Below are positions 23,771 to 32,000 of a stretch of 32,000 nucleotides of DNA, piece by piece (position 1 is the stretch's first letter; every line of letters starts with the position of its first letter). The position numbers were made by a program, and so were the translations under genes. The stretch covers positions 3,660,001 through 3,692,000 of the forward strand of contig CP060262.1 in NCBI GenBank assembly GCA_022646745.1, given 5' to 3'. Source of the DNA: Planctomycetales bacterium. GTDB taxonomy: Bacteria > 4484-113 > JAFGCY01. The notes beneath the pieces were generated by a model, which saw nothing but the letters and a program-made list of their open reading frames with translations, had not been told where the DNA came from and did not search any database.

Positions 23771-23776
23771 TAGAAT
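23771..23776 (+). promoter_or_regulatory. -10 hexamer TAGAAT exactly 6 nt upstream of the GTG at 23783 (candidate leaderless promoter)
   Basis: TAGAAT-CAGCCT-GTG with no Shine-Dalgarno sequence. A small GC hairpin, CCCGC-TGC-GCGGG, lies just upstream after rpmE. Confidence 0.35.
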
Positions 23777-23782
23777 CAGCCT

Positions 23783-24925
23783 GTGAAACCCAACCGACTG
23801 CTTAGGCACCTGCTGCCAGCCTTCCTTGCCCCGGCGATCCCCTATGGAGGCCAGGCCTGTATTGAGGGCGTCATGATGAAGGGACTGAAGCACGCAGCCC
23901 TCGCTGTGCGCCGCGCCAGTGGCAAGATCGAGGTGATCGACCGTGAGGTCGTATCCCGCTTCCCTGCACTGACCCGTATGCCCTTCATCCGCGGCTTCTT
24001 CATCCTCTGGGACATGATGACGCTTGGCACCTGGGCGCTCAAGGAGAGCAACCGCCGCTTCGAGATAGACATGCTCGCGGCGGATGCCGAAGCCAAGGGC
24101 GAGAAAGTCGAGCACAAGGAAGTTGCAGCACCATCGAAGGGTTCAGTGATGCTTGAGGCAATCATGATGGTCGTGGGCTTCGCGATTGCCATCATGATCT
24201 TCAAGGTATTGCCAGCGATTGCAGCCAGCTACACCTTCGAGTGGTTCGGCTGGGGCAACCTGAAGACCATCGAGAACCCGACCCTGACCCACCAGCTCGT
24301 TGCCAATCTCGTGGAGGGACTCGTCAAGCTGGGGATCTTCGTTGGCTACATATCGCTCGTGGGCAGGCTGAAGGAGATCCGCCGGGTGTTCGAGTACCAC
24401 GGCGCTGAGCACATCGTGATCAACGCCTACGAGGACGACATGGAGAACCAGAAGATGGAGTTCATCCAGTCCCACAGTGTGGCCCATCCGCGCTGCGGCA
24501 CGAGCTTCATCGTGATCCTGATCCTCGTCGGAGTCGTGCTCTACACCTTCCTCGACTACCTGTTCGTCAGCAATGCGGCTGCCATCAATGCAACGCTGCC
24601 AGAATGGTGGATGAACAGCATCCTCGGCCCGGCGGTGCATGACAACATCCCCGGCTGGTGGATCCGCTGGCCACTGCGCATCCTGGCAATCCCGATCCTC
24701 GCCGGCATCAGCTACGAGTTCATCCGGGCCGCCTTCCGCTACTACGGCAACCCATTCCTGCGTCCGCTGCTGCGTTTCGGCATGCTGTTCCAGGCCCTGA
24801 CCACCCGCCGTCCGAGCGACGAGCAGGTGGAGGTCAGCCTGGCCAGCTTCAACCGGGTCCGTTACCTGACTGAGGACATCCCGGAGCCCGAGATCCGCCA
24901 GCCCGCCTCCAGCGCCAGCTCCTAG
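23783..24925 (+). CDS. DUF1385 family membrane protein (the conserved partner of rpmE/prfA/prmC)
   Basis: YGGQACIEGVMMKG at the N-terminus and FEYHGAEHIVINAYE ... HPRCGTSF are hallmark DUF1385 segments. Several TM helices are present. It sits between rpmE and prfA. Confidence 0.8.
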   Translation: MKPNRLLRHLLPAFLAPAIPYGGQACIEGVMMKGLKHAALAVRRASGKIEVIDREVVSRFPALTRMPFIRGFFILWDMMTLGTWALKESNRRFEIDMLAADAEAKGEKVEHKEVAAPSKGSVMLEAIMMVVGFAIAIMIFKVLPAIAASYTFEWFGWGNLKTIENPTLTHQLVANLVEGLVKLGIFVGYISLVGRLKEIRRVFEYHGAEHIVINAYEDDMENQKMEFIQSHSVAHPRCGTSFIVILILVGVVLYTFLDYLFVSNAAAINATLPEWWMNSILGPAVHDNIPGWWIRWPLRILAIPILAGISYEFIRAAFRYYGNPFLRPLLRFGMLFQALTTRRPSDEQVEVSLASFNRVRYLTEDIPEPEIRQPASSASS

Positions 24926-25003
24926 CTGGGCCTGACCCGACGTGTCATTGCCGCCCTGTGCGGCTTGTTTCTGCTCATCTATAATTAACGGGATCAATCC
25001 ATC

Positions 25004-26068
<1,065 letters not shown>

Positions 26069-26082
26069 AGCTGTACGACGAG

Positions 26083-26922
26083 GTGCGCGGCCGGTTGGAC
26101 GGCTGCAATGACGTCGTGGACAGCCGCCAGGAGACTGACAACATCTTCCGCGTGAAGCTCGGGCTGGACCCGACCGACCGCATCATCCACGCCCGCGGGC
26201 ATGTGCATACACCGGCGCTTGAATCAGTGCGCCACATCGTCAATGAGCGTGTGGCAGGTGTGCCGCTGGCCTACCTACTGGGACGCGCCGACTTTGATGG
26301 CAACAGCTTCTTCGTCACCCGCGACGTGCTGATCCCGCGCCAGGACACGGAGTTCCTGCTGCGCCGCGGTGACTGGTTCATCCGCGACCAGATCAAGCCG
26401 CGCCGCTCGATGTCGATGCTCGACCTCGGCAGCGGCAGCGGCTGCGTCGGCATCAGCATGGCGCTCAGGCACCCGCGCCTTGAGGTGGTGTTCATTGACA
26501 TCAGCCCGGCAGCGCTTGAGGTGGCAAGGAAGAATGCCCGCCTGCATGGCGTGGAGCAGCGTTGCCAGTTCCTGGAGGGCGACTGGTTCGAGCCGCTGGA
26601 CCGGCGCGACCGCTTTGACCTGATCCTCTGCAACCCGCCTTACATCACGCGCCGCAATGACCCCCTGCTGGAGAAGAGCGTACGTGACCATGAGCCACGC
26701 CTTGCGCTGTTCCTCAATGAGGACCCGCGCGAGTTCTTCTTCCGCCTCGGCCGCAGCGCTGTCAGCCACCTGCGCACCGGCGGGCTGTTCGCGGTGGAGG
26801 TTGGCTACGACACTGGCTGGCCGGCACGTGAGGCGCTGGACAAGCTCAAGAGCCTGGAGCGCGTGCAGGGCGTGCACGACTTCAACGGCACGGAGCGCGT
26901 GATCTGGGGGCTGAGGCGCTGA
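26083..26922 (+). CDS. prmC: Release-factor glutamine N5-methyltransferase PrmC/HemK
   Basis: SAM-binding LDLGSGSGCVGISMA, catalytic NPPY (LILCNPPYI), and VLIPRQDTE. It lies directly downstream of prfA. A GTG start is listed, but the frame is open back to 26059, so the exact start is uncertain. Confidence 0.85.
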   Translation: MRGRLDGCNDVVDSRQETDNIFRVKLGLDPTDRIIHARGHVHTPALESVRHIVNERVAGVPLAYLLGRADFDGNSFFVTRDVLIPRQDTEFLLRRGDWFIRDQIKPRRSMSMLDLGSGSGCVGISMALRHPRLEVVFIDISPAALEVARKNARLHGVEQRCQFLEGDWFEPLDRRDRFDLILCNPPYITRRNDPLLEKSVRDHEPRLALFLNEDPREFFFRLGRSAVSHLRTGGLFAVEVGYDTGWPAREALDKLKSLERVQGVHDFNGTERVIWGLRR

Positions 26923-26923
26923 G

Positions 26924-27529
26924 ATGACAAGCGTGCTGCAGTACTCGCATGGTGAACGTGAGGGCGTACTGGAGCAGGCCGTTGCCATGCTGGACAACGG
27001 CCGGGCGATCATCTTCCCTTCCGACACGGTCTACGCCCTGCTGGCTGGAGCAGGCAGCGCGGATGCCTACCGGGAGATCTATTCCGTCAAGCACCGCAAT
27101 CCCGAGCAGCCACTCGCACTGCTGGCCACACCGTCGCATCCGGTTGTTGGTGAGGTGATGAAGCTGCTGGAAGACCTCGAGGATGAGCAGGATGCCTTCC
27201 TCAGCGGTGAGCTGACAGCGGTGTTCCCGCGCGGCAGGCTCAAGAAGGTGCCGCAGGCCGCACTGGCACTGCAACAGGGCGGCGTCGGGATTCGCATCCC
27301 GGCCTGGGAACCGCTGTGTGAGCTGATCGAGCGCTGTGGCGGACTGCTATGGGGCACAAGCGCAAACATCAGCGGCAGCGACCCGCAGACCACCGCAGAG
27401 GAAATGCAGGCCGCACTGGACGCGATGGATCCTCAGCCCATGCTGTGCGTGCTGGTCGCCGAGGAGCTGCCGGGCAATGTCAGTGATGTCGTGCGCTTCG
27501 GCCCGGACGGACCGGAAGTGATCCGCTGA
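26924..27529 (+). CDS. tsaC: L-threonylcarbamoyladenylate synthase, YrdC/TsaC-type (short form)
   Basis: IFPSDTVYALL, VKHRNPEQPLALL (K-x-R...PL) and WGTSANISG are YrdC-domain signatures. The gene begins 1 nt after the prmC stop. Confidence 0.8.
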   Translation: MTSVLQYSHGEREGVLEQAVAMLDNGRAIIFPSDTVYALLAGAGSADAYREIYSVKHRNPEQPLALLATPSHPVVGEVMKLLEDLEDEQDAFLSGELTAVFPRGRLKKVPQAALALQQGGVGIRIPAWEPLCELIERCGGLLWGTSANISGSDPQTTAEEMQAALDAMDPQPMLCVLVAEELPGNVSDVVRFGPDGPEVIR

Positions 27530-27545
27530 CCCTGACTGCCCATTC

Positions 27546-27551
27546 TATAAT
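27546..27551 (+). promoter_or_regulatory. Consensus -10 hexamer TATAAT exactly 6 nt upstream of the ATG at 27558 (candidate leaderless promoter)
   Basis: TTC-TATAAT-CGGCGC-ATG. There is no Shine-Dalgarno sequence and no convincing -35. Confidence 0.45.
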
Positions 27552-27557
27552 CGGCGC

Positions 27558-30500
27558 ATGCCGCTATTCAACAATTCCCTGGCTGCCGCTTGGTTGCTGT
27601 TTGCCGGCAGCAGCATGCTGGCAATCATCCATCCGAATGCAGCACAGGCCAATCCGGATACCTTCATCATTGATGACCAGGTCATGGAAGTCGAGATGTA
27701 CCGGGACTTCCCTTCAATCCGGGGTTACCACATCCCGGGCAGCGGCCTCAGCTTTGATGCGGCAATCAATGGTCCCGGTACGCTCATCATCAACGGCGAA
27801 CCGGTTGAACCGGTTGTCAGCATCGTGCACCACGAGGGCACGGCCAGTTACACCATCGACCTGCCTGAGCAGCAGGTCAGCCTGCAGGTCGGTTTCAAGC
27901 TCAGGGGAGGCAGCCTGCACCTGAAGATCGGCCAATTGCAGGAACGTGGGGAATTCCGTGTGCACAGCCTGGCCTTCCGAGATGCTCCCCTGCTCTCCTG
28001 CAAAAGCGCTGCTGATGCGCAGTTCGCCGGGGCGAACATGTACACGAAGGTGGAAGGCACTGGCGATACCTACCTAGCACTCGATGGCAATGAGCCTGTC
28101 GATGATGAGCAAGCCGGCTACATGTACGCCATGCTCAGCAAGGGTGATCTGTGCGGCAGTATCTGGACCAACTCCGTCTACGACTTCCCCGATGGACCGA
28201 CCAAGCGTGAGAACGGAAGGATCTGGAAACAGACTGTTGCCGATCCCGAAGGCAAGCGCACCAATATCTGGAGTGGCGACTGGCTGCTCAGGGCTGAAGG
28301 CACCGAAGAGCTGGAGCCAATGGCTGAGGCCAGGATCGTTATTGCGCCTGACCTGAATGATGACAACGTGGTGGACTGGCAGGATGGCGCGATCGCCTAC
28401 CGCAGTGTGATGGACATCCCGCTCGGTGCTGAGCAGGTGAAGGACCAGGTGGTGCAGCGCATCGTGCACAACTTCGGCAGCCAGGCCACGAACCCCTTCC
28501 TGAAGACCCTAGATGAAACCAAGCGGATCTACAACGCCACCGGCGGGCTCGGCCAGCATGTGCTCTTGAAGGGCTACCAGAACGAAGGGCATGACAGTGC
28601 CCATCCGGACTACGGTGGCAACTACAACGAACGCGCCGGTGGGCTGAAGGACCTGAAGTTCCTCGTGGAGCAGGGAAAGCTCTACAATGCCAACTTCGGT
28701 GTGCACATCAATGCGCAGGAGGCCTACCCTGAAGCGAAGTCCTTCACGGAGGACCTGACACTGGAGCAGAAGGGCTGGAGCTGGCTGGACCAGGCCTGGG
28801 TGATTGACAAGCGGCACGATGCCCTCAGTGGCAACCGGCTCAGGCGGCTGGAACAGCTTGCCGACGAACTGCCGGGCCTGCAGTTCATTTACCTCGACGT
28901 CTGGTACCAGGACGGCTGGGAGAGCCGCCGGGTGGCCCGCGAGATCAACCGGCAGGGCTGGGCACTGACAACGGAGTTCCCCAATGCGCTGGAGTGGGAC
29001 AGCACCTGGTGCCACTGGGCGGTGGACCTGAACTATGGCGGGACTGACCTAAAGGGCCTGCACAGCGATATCGCACGCTTCATCCACAACCACCTTCGTG
29101 ACAACTGGGTGGCGAACCATCCCCTGCTTGGCGGCACGGAACTGATGGGCTACGAGGGCTGGCAGGGTCGCCGCGACTTCAATGCGATGCTGGAGACGAC
29201 CTTCCGTGCCAACCTGCCGACCAAGTGGCTGCAGCATTTCGAGATCACCAACTGGGGCGAGGATGAGATCCGCTTCAGCGGCAATGTAGTGGCGAAGCTG
29301 GTGGATGGCAGGCGCGTGATCACGCAGGATGGCCGCGTGGTGCTGGATGGTGACAGCTACCTGCTGCCCTGGCCACCCGAAAACCCTGAAAAGTACTATC
29401 TCTGGTCTGGCAGTAAAGCTGAGCATGACTGGCAATCGCACCCCGGGCTTGTAATCGATGGCAGCTTCACCGCGCAGATAATGGATGCGGACAAAGTGTT
29501 CAAGAGGGAAAACCTCGCAGCCCCGGCCGATGGAACCATGTTTCCACATCACACGGGGAAACTGGCGATCCTCGCGCCTGGCAACAATCCGTTCTTTGCT
29601 GTGCAGAAATTCGGCACAAGGTCCGCGTTTGACGACCCAGGATTCAACCAGGGCACGACTGCAAGCCTGGAGATCGCCAGTGATGATCCGAATGTGGAAG
29701 TGATTCGCAATGAATATGGCGACTTTGAGCTGCATCTGCCACCTGGCCAGCAGCACATTCTAAAGACACCATTGTCAGTACTGTCCAGTGGCAGCTATGC
29801 GATCAGCCTGGCTATTGAAATACGGGGAGCGAAACCCCGCCTTGTCGAAATATCAGTGGATGGCGGCACCGTGCCAGACGGCTACCCTGATCATGTCTGG
29901 CTGGACCATTCCGATGCGATCAACTATGTGGCCGCAGATTCGAAGCATGACCGCTCGATGCAGCGAATGCAGCTGATTGTGGATATCGACAGTCGGCATA
30001 GAAGTCCCCAGCTGGTACTGGATATCGCAGCTGGTAATGCCGAGGTGTTCATCGACGACCTGCAGTGCGTACCCGCCGTGCGCCCTCCCCTGCCCGATGG
30101 TGCTTACTTCTTCGAGGACTTTGAGCACACCGTGCGCGGCTGGTATCCCTTCGTGCGTGGTGACTGCGGCGGGGCCAGCGACATGCGCACGCATCTCTCA
30201 CAGCGCCACGACCCTTTCACCCAGCGTGGCTGGCGCGACAACATGATTGACGACGTGATAGATGGCGACTGGTCGCTCAAGAGCCATGCTGACCGACCTG
30301 GTGTGCTTTACCGCACGATCCCGCAGAACCTGCGCTTCGACCCGGGATACCGCTACATCGTCACGCTGGATTACGCATCTTCCGGGGATGAAACCCATGA
30401 GATCGTGATCAGCGACAGCAGCGGCGAGGAAGTGGTGATACCACTCAAGCAAGCGCTCGACCCGCAACCGATCCTGTTCCGCTTCCGCGCGGCGGATGAC

Positions 30501-30602
30501 GGCAGCTCCTGGATAGGCGTGCGTAAACCGGCGGATGATGACAGCGACCTCGTGATTGACAAGCTCAAGGTGGTGCAGGAGGAAACACCCGATGGCAACT
30601 GA
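27558..30602 (+). CDS. Secreted glycoside hydrolase, GH101-like (endo-alpha-N-acetylgalactosaminidase family; GH101/GH129 clan)
   Basis: Signal peptide (AAAWLLFAGSSMLAIIHPNAAQA). The segments VVDWQDGAIAYRSV, LLKGYQNEGHDSAHPDYGG, FGVHINAQEAYPEAKSF, FIYLDVWYQDGW and WALTTEFPN match my recollection of GH101 catalytic-barrel motifs. This has not been checked by a search. Confidence 0.55.
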   Translation: MPLFNNSLAAAWLLFAGSSMLAIIHPNAAQANPDTFIIDDQVMEVEMYRDFPSIRGYHIPGSGLSFDAAINGPGTLIINGEPVEPVVSIVHHEGTASYTIDLPEQQVSLQVGFKLRGGSLHLKIGQLQERGEFRVHSLAFRDAPLLSCKSAADAQFAGANMYTKVEGTGDTYLALDGNEPVDDEQAGYMYAMLSKGDLCGSIWTNSVYDFPDGPTKRENGRIWKQTVADPEGKRTNIWSGDWLLRAEGTEELEPMAEARIVIAPDLNDDNVVDWQDGAIAYRSVMDIPLGAEQVKDQVVQRIVHNFGSQATNPFLKTLDETKRIYNATGGLGQHVLLKGYQNEGHDSAHPDYGGNYNERAGGLKDLKFLVEQGKLYNANFGVHINAQEAYPEAKSFTEDLTLEQKGWSWLDQAWVIDKRHDALSGNRLRRLEQLADELPGLQFIYLDVWYQDGWESRRVAREINRQGWALTTEFPNALEWDSTWCHWAVDLNYGGTDLKGLHSDIARFIHNHLRDNWVANHPLLGGTELMGYEGWQGRRDFNAMLETTFRANLPTKWLQHFEITNWGEDEIRFSGNVVAKLVDGRRVITQDGRVVLDGDSYLLPWPPENPEKYYLWSGSKAEHDWQSHPGLVIDGSFTAQIMDADKVFKRENLAAPADGTMFPHHTGKLAILAPGNNPFFAVQKFGTRSAFDDPGFNQGTTASLEIASDDPNVEVIRNEYGDFELHLPPGQQHILKTPLSVLSSGSYAISLAIEIRGAKPRLVEISVDGGTVPDGYPDHVWLDHSDAINYVAADSKHDRSMQRMQLIVDIDSRHRSPQLVLDIAAGNAEVFIDDLQCVPAVRPPLPDGAYFFEDFEHTVRGWYPFVRGDCGGASDMRTHLSQRHDPFTQRGWRDNMIDDVIDGDWSLKSHADRPGVLYRTIPQNLRFDPGYRYIVTLDYASSGDETHEIVISDSSGEEVVIPLKQALDPQPILFRFRAADDGSSWIGVRKPADDDSDLVIDKLKVVQEETPDGN

Positions 30603-32000
30603 TAACAGACACTTCTTTGCCAGCCTGCTGGCCTGTGCAATACTGCTGGGCATGCAGGTACCGGCACAGGCAGCCTATGACACGGCGGAAGCACTGGCAG
30701 CACTGCCCCATGTGGTAATCCCCACCGGCGACATCAGCATCAGCGCAGACCAGCAGTCAGTGCGAATCGGCAACGCCTGCCTCGAGATGCAGTGGCGCCT
30801 GTCCAATGACAAGATGCTGAGCCCCGTGTTCACGAACAAGCTCGATGGCAGCAGCCTGGAGCTGGGCCACGAACTGTTCATCCTACGCATGCCGGAGGGC
30901 AGTGAGATCCCCAGTTCCGAGTTCATCCTGGATGGTCCGCCCCAGTTTGAGGCAATCAATCCGTCTGACTCCTCCCCGCGGCTGGCTGCCCGGCTATCGG
31001 GCATGAAGGTCGTTGCCAGCATGACTGCACCGGACTTCAACCTGCAGGCAAAGTACACTGCTGTGCTGCTGGCTGACTCGCACTACATTCGCCAGCAGCT
31101 GGAGATCCTGCCCGGTTCAGCATGGGAAGTGGAGGAACTGGTCTGGTTCAGCGGCGCTGACCCGGCACTGCGTGCCGGCGGGATGGTGGACGGCTCCCCG
31201 GCCCTGTGCGGCGACATCTTCCTCGGGATCGAGCATCCGATGGCGCTTAACCAGGCGGGGGCCAGCCCGGTGCAGGTCTCACAGTGGTCTCCCGAACAGA
31301 TGAGCTGGCCGGAGTACGTTGACCGGGAATGGGAGCTCGGAGACTCCGTCAACCATGACGGTCCCTGGATGCTGCGCTTCCAGTACACGGAAGGCGCGCA
31401 TCGCATCGAGATTACTACGGCAAGCCTAGTGCAGGACGGACGCGTGCTGGCGACTGATGAGCATTTCGGCGCCAGTGGCATCGCCCATGTTGACAACGAA
31501 TACAACTTCGACGTCAGCGGTTATGTCCCTGCCGGCGGTCCCGTGTTGCTTGCCGCAAATGTGCGCAGCGACCTCGGCACCGACAGCAACGGCATCATCC
31601 TGCTGGCAGACCTCACTGCGGACCCGCTGCTGTGCTGCAGCCAGCCGGTCGGTGTGACGCTTGAACCGGGCCGGCCCTACAGGCTGTCAGCCGTATGTGG
31701 GGTGGCAACACCGGGCCAGATGCGGCGCGCCTTCAACCGCTACCTTGAGCTGGAACGGGCGCATCCGTACCGTCCCTTCCTGCATTACAACTCCTGGTAC
31801 GACATCGGCTTCTTCAACAAGTATGACGAGGCGGACTGCCTCGGTGTTGTCAACGCCTTTGCCACTGAATTGCATGACAAGCGCGGCGTGCAGCTGGACA
31901 GCTTCCTGTTTGACGACGGCTGGGATGACTACGACAGCCTGTGGGACTTCCACGAAGGATTCCCCGAAGGCTTCAGCAATGTCGGTGCTGCCACGGAGGC
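30592..32000 (+). CDS. Secreted glycoside hydrolase, alpha-galactosidase-like (clan GH-D type TIM barrel); 3' end outside the window
   Basis: Not in the ORF track because it has no stop in the window. I read frame 1 codon by codon from the ATG at 30592 to 32000 and found no stop. Signal peptide: MATDNRHFFASLLACAILLGMQVPAQA. The segment PFLHYNSWYDIGF...GVQLDSFLFDDGWDD resembles the NSW...DDGW signature of GH27/GH36 enzymes. It overlaps the upstream gene by 11 nt. Confidence 0.6.
   Translation, partial: MATDNRHFFASLLACAILLGMQVPAQAAYDTAEALAALPHVVIPTGDISISADQQSVRIGNACLEMQWRLSNDKMLSPVFTNKLDGSSLELGHELFILRMPEGSEIPSSEFILDGPPQFEAINPSDSSPRLAARLSGMKVVASMTAPDFNLQAKYTAVLLADSHYIRQQLEILPGSAWEVEELVWFSGADPALRAGGMVDGSPALCGDIFLGIEHPMALNQAGASPVQVSQWSPEQMSWPEYVDREWELGDSVNHDGPWMLRFQYTEGAHRIEITTASLVQDGRVLATDEHFGASGIAHVDNEYNFDVSGYVPAGGPVLLAANVRSDLGTDSNGIILLADLTADPLLCCSQPVGVTLEPGRPYRLSAVCGVATPGQMRRAFNRYLELERAHPYRPFLHYNSWYDIGFFNKYDEADCLGVVNAFATELHDKRGVQLDSFLFDDGWDDYDSLWDFHEGFPEGFSNVGAATE

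Noticed and set aside
24980-24985. TATAAT upstream of prfA as a leaderless promoter
   Set aside because: The hexamer lies 18 nt from the ATG at 25004, so it does not fit the 6-nt pattern. The N-terminus from 25004 is canonical for RF1. It may be an internal promoter with a short leader, but the -35 is poor, so I do not call it.
30675-31953. Three minus-strand ORFs (30675..31058, 31083..31505, 31687..31953) that are the only long listed ORFs across this stretch
   Set aside because: The plus-strand frame from the ATG at 30592 is open to the window edge. It encodes a signal peptide and a glycosidase-like NSW...DDGW segment. It is missing from the ORF track only because it has no stop codon inside the window. 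The first two minus-strand ORFs share its wobble positions, as shadow ORFs do.

Overview
GC-rich (roughly 58-60% by eye) bacterial chromosomal segment with dense coding and no rRNA, CRISPR array or recognisable mobile element. Gene order: (i) the 3' end of an M42 peptidase gene. (ii) A long minus-strand block of cell-envelope genes at 508-13155: a porin fragment, a secreted protein, an SLH-domain OmpM-like porin, a membrane-anchored protein, a 1036-aa pseudokinase/pseudokinase/PP2C-like/TPR protein, three tandem MacB/FtsX-type permeases and a HlyD-type adaptor, with no ATPase and no TolC-like gene. (iii) tRNA-Ile(GAU), a CsoR-family regulator and a class I aldolase. (iv) Four tandem paralogues of a large (340-375 aa) pilin-like protein; one lacks the prepilin motif and one carries an in-frame TAA. 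(v) A translationally coupled unit of membrane protein, LarA-like protein, RmlC-like cupin and GAF-HD-GYP protein. (vi) A conserved housekeeping block rpmE-DUF1385-prfA-prmC-tsaC. (vii) Two secreted glycoside hydrolases, one GH101-like and one alpha-galactosidase-like (3' end outside the window). The most notable observations are the pilin-like cluster with no assembly machinery nearby, the signalling protein whose three enzyme-like domains all look catalytically dead, the ATPase-less three-permease pump locus, and four genes with a -10 hexamer exactly 6 nt upstream of the start codon (leaderless signature). All family assignments come from motif recognition by eye; no database search was run.
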